Assembly (NCBI GenBank): GCA_047601445.1
Contig: JASGJH010000001.1
Coordinates: 4,192,001 to 4,256,000 of the forward strand
Reading direction: 5' to 3'
Length of the DNA: 64,000 nt
Source: Myxococcales bacterium
GTDB lineage: Bacteria > Myxococcota_A > Polyangia > Polyangiales > DASUME01
Shown: in pieces, positions 1-11,040 of the stretch
Numbering within the stretch: position 1 is the first letter of the stretch
Layout of the letters: the number at the start of each line of letters is the position of its first letter
Translations under genes and position numbers: made by a program
Notes under the pieces: generated by a model
Told to the model about the DNA's origin: nothing
Seen by the model: the letters and a program-made list of their open reading frames with translations, nothing else
Database searches by the model: none

Positions 1-1595
<1,595 letters not shown>

Positions 1596-1814
1596 TAGCA
1601 GTCACTTAAGGAGCTCATGCGTCATCGGATCGCGTCAAGACCGAGGAAACTCGGACGCAATAACCACCGGTGACCTGCACAGCGCGCGCCTGCGACACAG
1701 GGACCACCGCACCGAGGCGACCTTGAACTTGTCTTGGCTACGCTCGAGCGCGCGTTGGAACGCCAGCCAGCGCAGACTATGACCCCGCACGCGCCGGCTC
1801 CAATGCCGTTCAAC

Positions 1815-2981
1815 TCAGGTCTGGGGCGCCTCGGTCGAATCGCCGGCACGCTTCGCCTCGAGCTTGGACTCGGCAAAACGCCGGTTTTGCTCGACGCGCT
1901 CGCGCTGATCTGCGGGAAGCGCAGCGCCGTTCAATAACTTGATCGCTGCATCGAGGGATTTCTGATACTCGCCCACCCAATAGGCGGCGATGCCGAACTC
2001 GTCGAGCGCGCGCCACTCGTACACGGAGTCGTCGACGAACAGCAGATCGTCGGGCCTGGGAATGCACACCGCCTGTTGGGCAAACAGATAGCTCAAATGG
2101 TGCTCTTTCCGGATGCGGTGAAGCTGCGCCAATGAACAAAGCGTTTCGGCCCGTGTGGGGCGAAATTGGTACGCCTGCAGCTGGGCAGCCACGGCCGCGT
2201 GGTACTTGCCGAGCTGAGCCGAGATTTCTCCAACGATGTGCAGCGAGTGCCAGACCTCCTCCTCCCAGCCGCCCATATCGGCGCGTCTGAGGAAGTTCTC
2301 AAGCGCCTTCTGTGGCTCTCCTGCGTCTCGATAGCTCCTGGCGAGGTAATAGCGATAGCGAGCATTGTCCGGCTCCCTCTTCAGAGCCTCCTCCAGCACC
2401 CGGGCATCGCGACCGTACTTCTCCTTGGCGTCGACCTGATTGCGCGCGCTATCGAAGTGCCCCACGCACAGCAGCTCCTCGACGCGACCCAGCCGGTGCT
2501 TTCCCCCACCAATGGCGACCTCGTGGAGGATCCCCTCATAGCGCCACGGCGCGGTCGTCTTGAAGAACTGCAAGCGCAGGAAGCTCACCACCGAGGTGCT
2601 GCTCCGGTGGCGCGTGTAGTACGCTTCGGCCTCGAGCTTGGGCCGCTGGAAACCCGCGGGTGCCTCCAGTGTCTCGTCCGCGTCGATGACGAGAGAGTAG
2701 TCGCCCCAGGGGCGCGCCAGCTCGAGCGCCTCCGTGCGGTTGTGGCCGAAATCCTTCCACGGTCGCTCATGCAGCTGTCCAGGCAGGTGCTTCAGCGTAT
2801 CCCTTACCAGCTCGTGGGTTCCGTCCGTGGAGCCCGTGTCCACCACGCTCCAGCAGTCGATGAAGGGCAAAACCGAGTTCAAGCAGCGCCTGATGACCTG
2901 GCTTTCGTTCTTCACGATCATGGTCAGGCAAACGCTGGGTCGCCCGTCCTGCCGAGTTACTTTCCGCTTCGTGCTTTCCAC
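1815..2981 (-). CDS. GT2-family glycosyltransferase with C-terminal TPR repeats
   Basis: CLTMIVKNE, VVDTGSTDGT, DFGHNRT, IDADE (DxD), YEGILHE, then TPR-like helices (RYRYYLARSYRDAG). Confidence 0.92.
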   Translation of the reverse strand: MESTKRKVTRQDGRPSVCLTMIVKNESQVIRRCLNSVLPFIDCWSVVDTGSTDGTHELVRDTLKHLPGQLHERPWKDFGHNRTEALELARPWGDYSLVIDADETLEAPAGFQRPKLEAEAYYTRHRSSTSVVSFLRLQFFKTTAPWRYEGILHEVAIGGGKHRLGRVEELLCVGHFDSARNQVDAKEKYGRDARVLEEALKREPDNARYRYYLARSYRDAGEPQKALENFLRRADMGGWEEEVWHSLHIVGEISAQLGKYHAAVAAQLQAYQFRPTRAETLCSLAQLHRIRKEHHLSYLFAQQAVCIPRPDDLLFVDDSVYEWRALDEFGIAAYWVGEYQKSLDAAIKLLNGAALPADQRERVEQNRRFAESKLEAKRAGDSTEAPQT

Positions 2982-3022
2982 GACTGTGTCGTATCACACG
3001 CGGCTTTGCGCCGCGATTTCCC

Positions 3023-4246
3023 TCACTCGTGAGCCTCCGAAGCCACCTCCGGCTCATCGTCTCCGGCATCCACCGCAAATAGGCCTCGCCGCCCGTCGAC
3101 TCTCGCCTTGCGCAGCAAGCTCGCCACTTGCTTGGCGACCGTCGAAGCGCTCGTCTTTCGTGCGTCCGCGATCTCTCGGTTGGACAACCCGAGCTTGACC
3201 AAGCGCAGCACCTCTTGCTCGCTGGACGTCAAGCTTCCCGCCAGCAGGTGGTAACGCCCGCTCGCGCGCAGTGTCGACGCGACACGCAATAGGTCGTGCC
3301 GCGTGCGAAACCCGAGCTTGTTCGCTGCACTGAGCAAAAGCTCCGAAATGCGAGAGTCTTGCAGCCCGGTGGAGTACGCCACGTACTTGCCGGGCAGCCC
3401 CTGGATCGATTGGTCGAGCACGCTGGCTTCGCTCGGCGTGAGAGCTCGATAGGCACGTGACTGAGGCGCGTTTTCGTAGGCGAAGTAGAGCCGCTTCCCA
3501 TCGCTGTCGACCCGCTCCACCACGCTCCATTGACCATCGACCAAGGCGTTCCAAACCTGCAGAGCGTCGTCCTTGAAGCGCTCACGCTGGGTGCGAAGGC
3601 GCGCGATGACCTTCGTATGCTGGACGAGCGGCTCCGACCCGCCGCTCTCGCCGAGCGCTCCTTCCAAGTGCAGAACCTTGCCTTCGGACGAGAGCACCGC
3701 GACAGCTTGCTCCGGAGACAGCAGGCGCAGCCGCTCGCCGGACTCCACGTGAATCCGCATGCGGTGGAGCGTCGAGCGAACTGCAGGTGTGATCTCCCGG
3801 CCTCGCCCAACGACGAGACTCAGCGCAAAGATCCACCCAGGTGCAGGGTACCCCAGCAGCCCGAGCAGGTCGTCGGCTCCCATGGCGCTGCAAACGGCTC
3901 GAAAGCCGAGCTGGGAGACGCGCCCCATCTTGGCCACGAGCGGAGAAGCCAAGGTGACCGGCTGCCGTGGATAGAAGTAGCGCTCGTAGCTCTCCCCTCT
4001 CAAGCGCTCGACCAGCGGTGTACCGATGCGGTGGAACGCAGGATGAACTCCGCGCGTCAACAGGGTCTCCACCTTGGCGCGATCACCGTGCTCTTTGTAG
4101 AGCGTGAAGGTCATCCCGCCGCCGAGGTCGAGGACGGTCCCAATGCTGTCGAGCACGTTGCCTATCCAGCGTTCATCGCTGGTTTGGGCCTCGTAGCAGC
4201 TCTCGACGACGGAAAGATAGTCCCCCTTTCTCGAGTTCGGTGGCAT
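3023..4246 (-). CDS. LuxR-family regulator with two C-terminal HTH modules
   Basis: LTPSEASVL...GLPGKYVA and LTSSEQEVLRLVKLGLSNREIA...TVAKQVASLLRK; start moved to ATG 4246 to avoid overlap with the + strand gene. Confidence 0.82.
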   Translation of the reverse strand: MPPNSRKGDYLSVVESCYEAQTSDERWIGNVLDSIGTVLDLGGGMTFTLYKEHGDRAKVETLLTRGVHPAFHRIGTPLVERLRGESYERYFYPRQPVTLASPLVAKMGRVSQLGFRAVCSAMGADDLLGLLGYPAPGWIFALSLVVGRGREITPAVRSTLHRMRIHVESGERLRLLSPEQAVAVLSSEGKVLHLEGALGESGGSEPLVQHTKVIARLRTQRERFKDDALQVWNALVDGQWSVVERVDSDGKRLYFAYENAPQSRAYRALTPSEASVLDQSIQGLPGKYVAYSTGLQDSRISELLLSAANKLGFRTRHDLLRVASTLRASGRYHLLAGSLTSSEQEVLRLVKLGLSNREIADARKTSASTVAKQVASLLRKARVDGRRGLFAVDAGDDEPEVASEAHE

Positions 4247-4411
4247 AAAAGCCTTATAGCCCACCGGTGGGAGAGCGAGAGCGACGAGTTCGAGCGGCTG
4301 ATCAGCTGGGCAAGTCGAGGGCTCGGGCTCGCCGACACTCCGGCCTGGCTGAGACAGCACGAGCCCCCATCTCGGCCCCCGCTCTCTCACGAAACAAGCT
4401 AGGATTGCCTC

Positions 4412-5158
4412 GTGTTTCGTCACGAAGGGCCGGCGCGTGATCCGCGCCTCAACGCGCGAATCGCAGCTTATCTCGCCTCCAACGCGGGGTTCGTCAATTC
4501 GGCCGGGATCGTTCTGACGGGGGTCTTCACCTCGCACGTGACCGGTAGCGTCGGCCGCGCGAGCACGGATGCAGCCGCCGGTGACTTCTCCGCCGCATTT
4601 TCTGCCGTTTTGCTGGTGCTGTGCTTCTTCCTCGGCGCATTCGCGGCCAGCCTCGTGGTCGAAGGAAGCTCTCCTAGCACCCCGGTGGCCTACGGCATCG
4701 CGCTCTTGCTGCAATCGGGCGTATTGGCGGCATTCCTGTTGGCGGTGTGGGCATTCCCCAACTCCGACCCGCGCCTGCTAGACGCGCAGGCCGCCATCCT
4801 GTGCACGGCCATGGGCATGCAAAACAGCCTCGTCACGCGGCTGTCGGGAGCCGTGGTTCGGACAACCCATCTCACGGGCATCGTGACGGACCTCGGCATC
4901 GAAGTCGCTCGCTGGTACCGATGGCATCGCTCTCGAATCAGGTTGCCCGTGCTCTTCAAGGGACGCCTCCCGCCGGAGAAGCCGGCCGCGCACAGAGCAG
5001 CCCTTCTCTTCACCATCGCGTTTTGGTTCTCCGTCGGGGCCTTCGTCGGCGCGGTGTGCGCAGTAAGAGCACCGGGCCTGGCGATGATGGTCCCGGCTGC
5101 AGCCACGTTCGCTGCGGCGCTGTATGCCCTCGCGCAGGCGCGCGCAGAACACGACTAG
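4412..5158 (+). CDS. YoaK/DUF1275-family membrane protein
   Basis: AGFVN, FTSHVTG, AMGMQN, VRTTHLTGIVTDLG motifs; several TM helices. Confidence 0.88.
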   Translation: MFRHEGPARDPRLNARIAAYLASNAGFVNSAGIVLTGVFTSHVTGSVGRASTDAAAGDFSAAFSAVLLVLCFFLGAFAASLVVEGSSPSTPVAYGIALLLQSGVLAAFLLAVWAFPNSDPRLLDAQAAILCTAMGMQNSLVTRLSGAVVRTTHLTGIVTDLGIEVARWYRWHRSRIRLPVLFKGRLPPEKPAAHRAALLFTIAFWFSVGAFVGAVCAVRAPGLAMMVPAAATFAAALYALAQARAEHD

Positions 5159-5177
5159 CGCGGGTTGCCGGGGCCAA

Positions 5178-5729
5178 TCAGGAGCCAGCGAGCCATTCCC
5201 CGCACGTCGTGACTTCCACCGCGCGACTGGGAAAGACCTTGTCCATGAAGAACTCATGCACTCCGGGGTCGCCATCCGCGCAGCCATCACGGAGCACCGT
5301 CATCCGATAGCCCCGGTCGGCCGCGTCGTAGCAGGTGGCAGCGACCATGGCGCTGGTGGCCACTCCCGCGACGGCGATCGAATCCACGGAGCGAGCACGC
5401 AGCACGAGATCCAGGTCCGTTCCGGCGAAGGCGCTTGCGCGACGTTTCATCACACGGACATCCTGCGCGTGCACCGGTAAGGCGATCTCGTTTCCAGGTC
5501 GTCCCTCGTGGAAGATGTCGCCCGCTTCGAAGAACGCCCCGAACAACGGGTTCTCCGGCGGGAGGTCGGCGCGGTTGGCGCGGAAAGCGATGTGCACGAA
5601 GACCACGAGCACACCGGCAGACCTGGCGCGCGGAAGGAGCTCATTCAGCGGTGGGACGACCTGACGCGCGAACGGGTAGGCCTCGAGGATCCCGCGCTGG
5701 ATGTCACCAATGATGAGTGCAGTCGTCAT
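5178..5729 (-). CDS. Isochorismatase-family cysteine hydrolase
   Basis: TALIIGDIQ, KRRASAFAGTDLDLVLR, AGVATSAMV, DAADRGY, DGCAD; the usual catalytic Cys position reads Met (TSAMV). Confidence 0.85.
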   Translation of the reverse strand: MTTALIIGDIQRGILEAYPFARQVVPPLNELLPRARSAGVLVVFVHIAFRANRADLPPENPLFGAFFEAGDIFHEGRPGNEIALPVHAQDVRVMKRRASAFAGTDLDLVLRARSVDSIAVAGVATSAMVAATCYDAADRGYRMTVLRDGCADGDPGVHEFFMDKVFPSRAVEVTTCGEWLAGS

Positions 5730-5984
5730 ACCGTGAGGCTCCCTTCGTGGCGTTGCATCCAAGAGTGGGTCGTATCGCGCTTTGCTGGATCGGGGCAGGA
5801 TAAGCGGAGACCACCCGACGCGCAGCTGAAATGCCGCTCACAACTCGCTATCCCAAGCTGTTCGCTGCCTGACGGAAGCTTGCATTTGCGTCCGCATTTC
5901 GTCGTGACACTCGCTGAGGCACAGAATAGGTGCGCCGCGAGCCCGTCGCGCGTTCGAACGCTTCGTTCCACGAATGGGGGATAC

Positions 5985-6605
5985 ATGAAACGAGCACTGC
6001 TGCGCGCGGGTACGGTAATTGGACTCCTACTTACGGCGATGTCACCCGCCAAGGCGCTAGAAACGGCCGCGACGGCCAGCGCCACGGAAGACAGCCAGGA
6101 GGCCCCCAGCAGCAAGGGCAAGCCCGCGCCGAACTCCGTGTACATCGAAGGCCTGGGCAGCGGACTCTTTTACTCCGTGAACTACGAGCGGCGCGTGATC
6201 GACGACCTCGGCGTGCGCGCCGGGCTGAGCTACATGTCGATCTCCAGCTCGGCCTCTACCGGCTCGGCGACCGCCACCGCGAGCTCCACGTATCTCACCG
6301 TCCCGCTCACCGTCAGCTATCTCGGCGTGCGTGGACGACGCAGCGGTCTGGAGGTGGGCGGCGGGCTGACCCTCGCCTATTCGAGCGGTTCCGCGTCGAC
6401 AGGTGTCTCTTCTGCCTCCGGGTCAGGCATGACGCCCTTCGGCACGCTGATGGTGGGGTATCGCCTGCATCCCGTGGACCACGCCGGTTTCCAATTCCGC
6501 GTGGGCGTGATGGCGCTGGCCGCGAAAGGACTCTCCTTCGACCCCGATCCCAACAAGTTCGGCGTACTCCCGTGGTTCTACATGAGCTGCGGCGCGGGCT
6601 TCTGA
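5985..6605 (+). CDS. Putative small outer-membrane beta-barrel protein
   Basis: Signal peptide (AKA), amphipathic strands (YSVNYER, GYRLHP, FQFRVG), C-terminal Phe. Confidence 0.7.
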   Translation: MKRALLRAGTVIGLLLTAMSPAKALETAATASATEDSQEAPSSKGKPAPNSVYIEGLGSGLFYSVNYERRVIDDLGVRAGLSYMSISSSASTGSATATASSTYLTVPLTVSYLGVRGRRSGLEVGGGLTLAYSSGSASTGVSSASGSGMTPFGTLMVGYRLHPVDHAGFQFRVGVMALAAKGLSFDPDPNKFGVLPWFYMSCGAGF

Positions 6606-6949
6606 GCTCCTAGGGACGGGCGATCGAAGACCTGTGGTGTGAGACGCTGTGGCCATTGCGTGGGCGTGGGCGTGGACGCGACGCCCCTGGTGGCGAGCGC
6701 CAACCGCCAGGGCCACGCTCACCGACACGATCAGAACTGTTTGTCCGCTTCTCCGCGTTGCCGCGAGCTACGCAATCAGCCTGCAGCCTCTCGCCCACGC
6801 CGCGCGCGTGCATCCACGACGCCCTGGCGCCGTCACCGCCGGATCGTCACGGGAGATCACCTGCTCGCGCACCGCGTGCCCGGGGTGCATCTATTGAGCC
6901 CGACCCGGCAGGAGGCGCAGCTCACGCCCTTCGCCGTGGTCGGACCGCA

Positions 6950-7948
6950 CTACCGCGTCACGTATCCTGTCGAATCGGCGTAGCTCGAGGCCCCGCTCGA
7001 GCGCTGCATGCTGGTGCGCAATGGATCGAACGGCTGCTGGTGATACGCGGTGAACGACCATGCCAAATAGACGAACGCAAGCTGTTGCGTATAGCTACCG
7101 CGATCGAGCGGCATGTCGCGTTCGAACGTGATGCTCACCTCGAACGGTGCAAAGCGGAGCGCGGCGCCGAGCGTGAGGTCCAACTCGCTCGGTCGGACCG
7201 CTACGCGCGCCCTGCGGTCGCTGAAGAACGTACTGTCCACGAGGAAGCCCAGGTGTTGCTGCGGCAGAGACCAATCGAGGTGCAGCGCATACCGAAGCAG
7301 GGCCAGGCCGCTGTTGTCGGGCCGTGCCGCATAGCTCGGGTTGTAGGCGAACCAGCCGAGTGTGGCGGAGCCGAGGACGTCGGTCCCGTGCAGCGCATCT
7401 CTGAGTCTCGAGCTCATCTGCGAGGCAGACATCAAGAGCTTGGCACGGGCATCGGCATAGGTCTGGACGCGCCCTCGACGATCGACTGGCATGTCGCGCT
7501 CGTAGCGCGCTCCCAGCTCGATGGCCGAGCCCTCCCACAGTCCCCAGGTGCTCGTGACACCCGAAATCAGGTCGAGCTCGCTCGGCGCGACCTTGCCGAG
7601 GCCGCTACGCCGTCGGTCGCTGAACACATTGACGTCCAGTGGAATCGAGAGGCGATGCCCGATCAAGTCGAAGTCAAAGTGCGGGGCCACGCGCAATAGC
7701 GCCAACCCCGTGTTGTCGGGGCGCGCTGCGTAGCTCGGATTGTAGAGCGCCGAGCCTGCCAGCAGCGAGCCGCCAATCTCCAGGCCGCTGCTTGGCCCTG
7801 CCACCTGCCCGCCGTGAGCGCTGCCTTGCTTGTCGAGGGCGCACGCGACGCCCGGGCGCACGAACACCGAAAGCGAAGTGAGCAACAGGCACCAGAGCGC
7901 AAACGGCGTATCGGAAAGGGAGGGCACGGACGACGACGACTCTTGCAA
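6950..7948 (-). CDS. Exported hypothetical protein built from two ~133-aa repeats, possibly a beta-barrel
   Basis: Signal-like N-terminus; YNPSYAARPDNxGLALLR, FSDRR, PSELDL and ERDMPxDR each occur twice; start uncertain. Confidence 0.7.
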   Translation of the reverse strand: MQESSSSVPSLSDTPFALWCLLLTSLSVFVRPGVACALDKQGSAHGGQVAGPSSGLEIGGSLLAGSALYNPSYAARPDNTGLALLRVAPHFDFDLIGHRLSIPLDVNVFSDRRRSGLGKVAPSELDLISGVTSTWGLWEGSAIELGARYERDMPVDRRGRVQTYADARAKLLMSASQMSSRLRDALHGTDVLGSATLGWFAYNPSYAARPDNSGLALLRYALHLDWSLPQQHLGFLVDSTFFSDRRARVAVRPSELDLTLGAALRFAPFEVSITFERDMPLDRGSYTQQLAFVYLAWSFTAYHQQPFDPLRTSMQRSSGASSYADSTGYVTR

Positions 7949-8082
7949 GAGAACGGGCGGCTCCGGCTGGAGACGTCATCGGCGGCCTTTCGGTTCCGCG
8001 GCAGTCGCGTTCTTACTGAATGTCCTCAAGCGCGGTGGGGGTTTTGCCCCAGGCTGCCGTCCCCGCTGCCGCCGAACCTCGC

Positions 8083-9300
8083 TCAGTCCGAAAACCCGCC
8101 CAACACCCGGTGGCCACCTGCCGCCTGCCACTGCAGAAAGCCGATCCCTTGACGGGGGCCCACGGTGTAGCGCGCGATGTCCGGCCAGAGCAGCAAGCCG
8201 AACGCCTTGAGCTCGACCTTCGAGGGCAGAGTCGTGTTGGTCGGGTCGGCCATCGACCTGAGCTCCGACATGGAGGGCGCGAAGTCGTCGCCACGCTCGA
8301 CCCAGTAAATCCTGGACGGCTGGCCGGGCCTGAACACGGCGAGGATGCCGCTTGGAAAGTCCCCCGTCGAAGTGAAGAGCGTCTTGTAGTTCTTACCATC
8401 CCTGAGCGACGTCCAGGTCAGACCGGCTGCCTCACCCGCCACGCGCTCGTTGACGTAGACATTGCCAGGATCGACCGAAAACCCGCTGACGCTGTGGCCC
8501 GGAGCGAGCTTGCGCAGGATAGCGGGAGTCCCTCCGTTGAGTGAATTGAGGGGGATCCAGCGAATGAAGTGCACCTGGGTCGACGCAGGCAAGCTAGGGT
8601 CCCAGGTCTCCGCGTAGACGCTCACGCTGTCGCCGCCGAGCAAGCGCATGCTGTGACCAGCCGGAGCAAAGTACAGCGTCGTGAGGCCACTGCCGGTCTT
8701 GTTGGCCTTCATGAGGGCGCTCGGCGTTTGTCCCGACGCCTGCTTGGTCCAGTACAGACTGGTGGAATCTACCAACAGGGCATCCGCACCACGCGTGTTC
8801 GGGACTGAGCTCGTGAAGCCGTCCGCGAGCCTCACTCTGTACATCTCGCCGATCACGCCATCCAGACTCGCCGCGAGATAGAGGTCGGTACCGTCCGACT
8901 TGGCCCCGAGGATGCGGAGCTTGCAGTTCAGGGCTCCGCCCGCTGCGCCGCCGAAGAGGGTCTTCCGAGTGCCATCGCCTCCGGACTTGAAGCTCTCGAC
9001 CAAGGGCATCTTGGGGTCGCCCGGTTGGCAAGAGGCCACCGAGGTGTAGTCGTAGATCACGTAACCTTGCTGATCGTCGGTCGTGAAGCGAACGACTTGT
9101 CCAGAAATACCCGTGCTGATCGAGTTCGCGGTCAGCGCCTGCTCCGTACCGGAAACCTCTTGTTCGCCTTCGCCGTCTGTGTCGTCGAGCGGGGCGTCGT
9201 CTTCGAGCTCACCCGCACAGCCTGTGCAAGCCACACCGAGCGCCAGCGTGAAGACGAGTCGTCGCGCCAATCCGATCACACTACCCAAGCATCCGTACAT
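8083..9300 (-). CDS. Secreted lipoprotein, probable beta-propeller
   Basis: AGGAGG RBS; lipobox-like CTGC; acidic linker; repeated D-x-x-x-(L/V)Y(W/V) blade motifs ([25 protein letters not shown]). Confidence 0.72.
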   Translation of the reverse strand: MYGCLGSVIGLARRLVFTLALGVACTGCAGELEDDAPLDDTDGEGEQEVSGTEQALTANSISTGISGQVVRFTTDDQQGYVIYDYTSVASCQPGDPKMPLVESFKSGGDGTRKTLFGGAAGGALNCKLRILGAKSDGTDLYLAASLDGVIGEMYRVRLADGFTSSVPNTRGADALLVDSTSLYWTKQASGQTPSALMKANKTGSGLTTLYFAPAGHSMRLLGGDSVSVYAETWDPSLPASTQVHFIRWIPLNSLNGGTPAILRKLAPGHSVSGFSVDPGNVYVNERVAGEAAGLTWTSLRDGKNYKTLFTSTGDFPSGILAVFRPGQPSRIYWVERGDDFAPSMSELRSMADPTNTTLPSKVELKAFGLLLWPDIARYTVGPRQGIGFLQWQAAGGHRVLGGFSD

Positions 9301-9513
9301 AAAGAGGGGCCTCCTGTGTTTCGTCTATCAGCCGACATTTGTCGGGCAACTTTGGTTCACACCAAGCTCCCCTCATTCACCCGCAACGGCTTTGGGCCTC
9401 GGCACTGGCCGCCCAATCACCCAAAGGCACACTTGCGTCAACACTCAGGTCTTGACGCCTGCCTCGATTGCCGCGACCTTCACTGCCAGCGGCGCGCAGC
9501 ATACGGGGGGCCC

Positions 9514-10932
9514 ATGGGATCGTACGAAAAGCTCTACATCGCGGGAAACTGGGTCACACCGTCAGGCCTGGACTCCATCGACGTCATCAACGCGAGCACC
9601 GAGCAGAAGATGGGCGCCGTGCCAGCGGGCTCCGAAGCAGACGCCGATCAGGCCGTCAGGGCCGCGCAGGCAGCCTTCGAGGCCTGGGCAGCCACCCCCG
9701 TCGCGACGCGCGCCGGCTATCTCGCCAAGATCGCGGAAGGCCTCGGCGCACGCACGAAGGAGTTGGCGCGGCTGATCGCGCAAGAAGTGGGGATGCCCTT
9801 GCCCTTGAGCCAGGCCGTACAGGTGGGCCTACCGGTGGCGAATTTCGCGGCGCACGCCAAGTTGGCCACGGAGTTTCGCTACGAGGAGCAAGTCGGGAAC
9901 TCGCTGGTGTTGCGCGAACCGGTGGGCGTGGTCGCCTGCATCACCCCCTGGAACTATCCGCTGCATCAGATCGCCGCCAAGGTCGCACCTGCCCTGGCCG
10001 CGGGCTGTACGGTGGTCGTGAAGCCGAGTGAGGTCGCGCCGCTGAACGCGTTCCTGCTAGCTGAAGTCATCCACAGCGTGGGATTGCCGCCGGGGGTGTT
10101 CAATCTGGTCAGTGGCCACGGACCGGTGGTGGGCGAGGCGCTCGCACGTCATGCAGGAGTGGACATGGTGTCGTTCACGGGGTCCACCCGTGCGGGCCGC
10201 CGTGTGTCCGAGTTGGCGGCACAGACCATCAAGCGCGTGCATCTCGAGCTCGGCGGAAAGTCTGCCAGCGTGGTGCTGGACGACGCGGAGTTCGAACAGG
10301 CCGTCACGAGTTCGGTGGCTGCCTGCTTCTTGAACTCGGGTCAAACCTGCAGTGCGCAGAGCCGTCTGCTGGTGCCCGAAGCGCGCATGGATGAAGCGGC
10401 AGCGATCGCCAAGCGGGTTGCCGAGACCTACACGCTCGGCAATCCCCTCGAGAGCCGCAGCAAGCTCGGTCCCCTGGTCTCGGCCGCCCAGCGCGAGCGC
10501 GTGCGGGACTACATCCGTCAGGGCGTCGCCGAGGGAGCACGGCTCGTGACCGGCGGTCCAGAGCAGCCGGAAGGCCTTTCCCAGGGCTACTTCGTCAAGC
10601 CCACGGTGTTCGCCGACGTGAAAGGCGGCATGACGATCGAACGCGAGGAAATCTTCGGCCCGGTGCTCGCCATCCTCGGCTACACGAGCGAGGACGAGGC
10701 CGTGCGCATCGCCAACGCCAGTCTGTATGGCCTGGGAGGCGGCGTCTGGTCGCGGGATGTGGAGCGCGCCAAGCGCGTCGCGCGCCGCCTGCGCACGGGA
10801 CAGGTCGACATCAACGGCGGCCGCTTCAACCTGCTCGCTCCCTTTGGCGGCTACAAGCAATCCGGGAATGGACGCGAACTGGGGAAGTTCGGTCTCGAAG
10901 AGTTCATGGAAATTAAATCACTACAGCTCTGA
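9514..10932 (+). CDS. NAD(P)-dependent aldehyde dehydrogenase
   Basis: [48 protein letters not shown]. Confidence 0.96.
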   Translation: MGSYEKLYIAGNWVTPSGLDSIDVINASTEQKMGAVPAGSEADADQAVRAAQAAFEAWAATPVATRAGYLAKIAEGLGARTKELARLIAQEVGMPLPLSQAVQVGLPVANFAAHAKLATEFRYEEQVGNSLVLREPVGVVACITPWNYPLHQIAAKVAPALAAGCTVVVKPSEVAPLNAFLLAEVIHSVGLPPGVFNLVSGHGPVVGEALARHAGVDMVSFTGSTRAGRRVSELAAQTIKRVHLELGGKSASVVLDDAEFEQAVTSSVAACFLNSGQTCSAQSRLLVPEARMDEAAAIAKRVAETYTLGNPLESRSKLGPLVSAAQRERVRDYIRQGVAEGARLVTGGPEQPEGLSQGYFVKPTVFADVKGGMTIEREEIFGPVLAILGYTSEDEAVRIANASLYGLGGGVWSRDVERAKRVARRLRTGQVDINGGRFNLLAPFGGYKQSGNGRELGKFGLEEFMEIKSLQL

Positions 10933-11040
10933 GCACCCGTCCCGCACCGCAACCGGCCATCCCGCGCAGCCTGCAGGCGCGGTGAATCTTTTGGCATAGC
11001 CGGTCCTAGGTCCGCGCCGTTCGCTCCCTATCCTGCGTGC

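Noticed and set aside
4247..4714. N-terminal extension of the 563-aa LuxR ORF
   Set aside because: Overlaps the well-supported DUF1275 gene on the opposite strand
6606..6949. Short ORFs, including an HAHAH-containing frame
   Set aside because: No convincing RBS, motif or composition to choose a real gene
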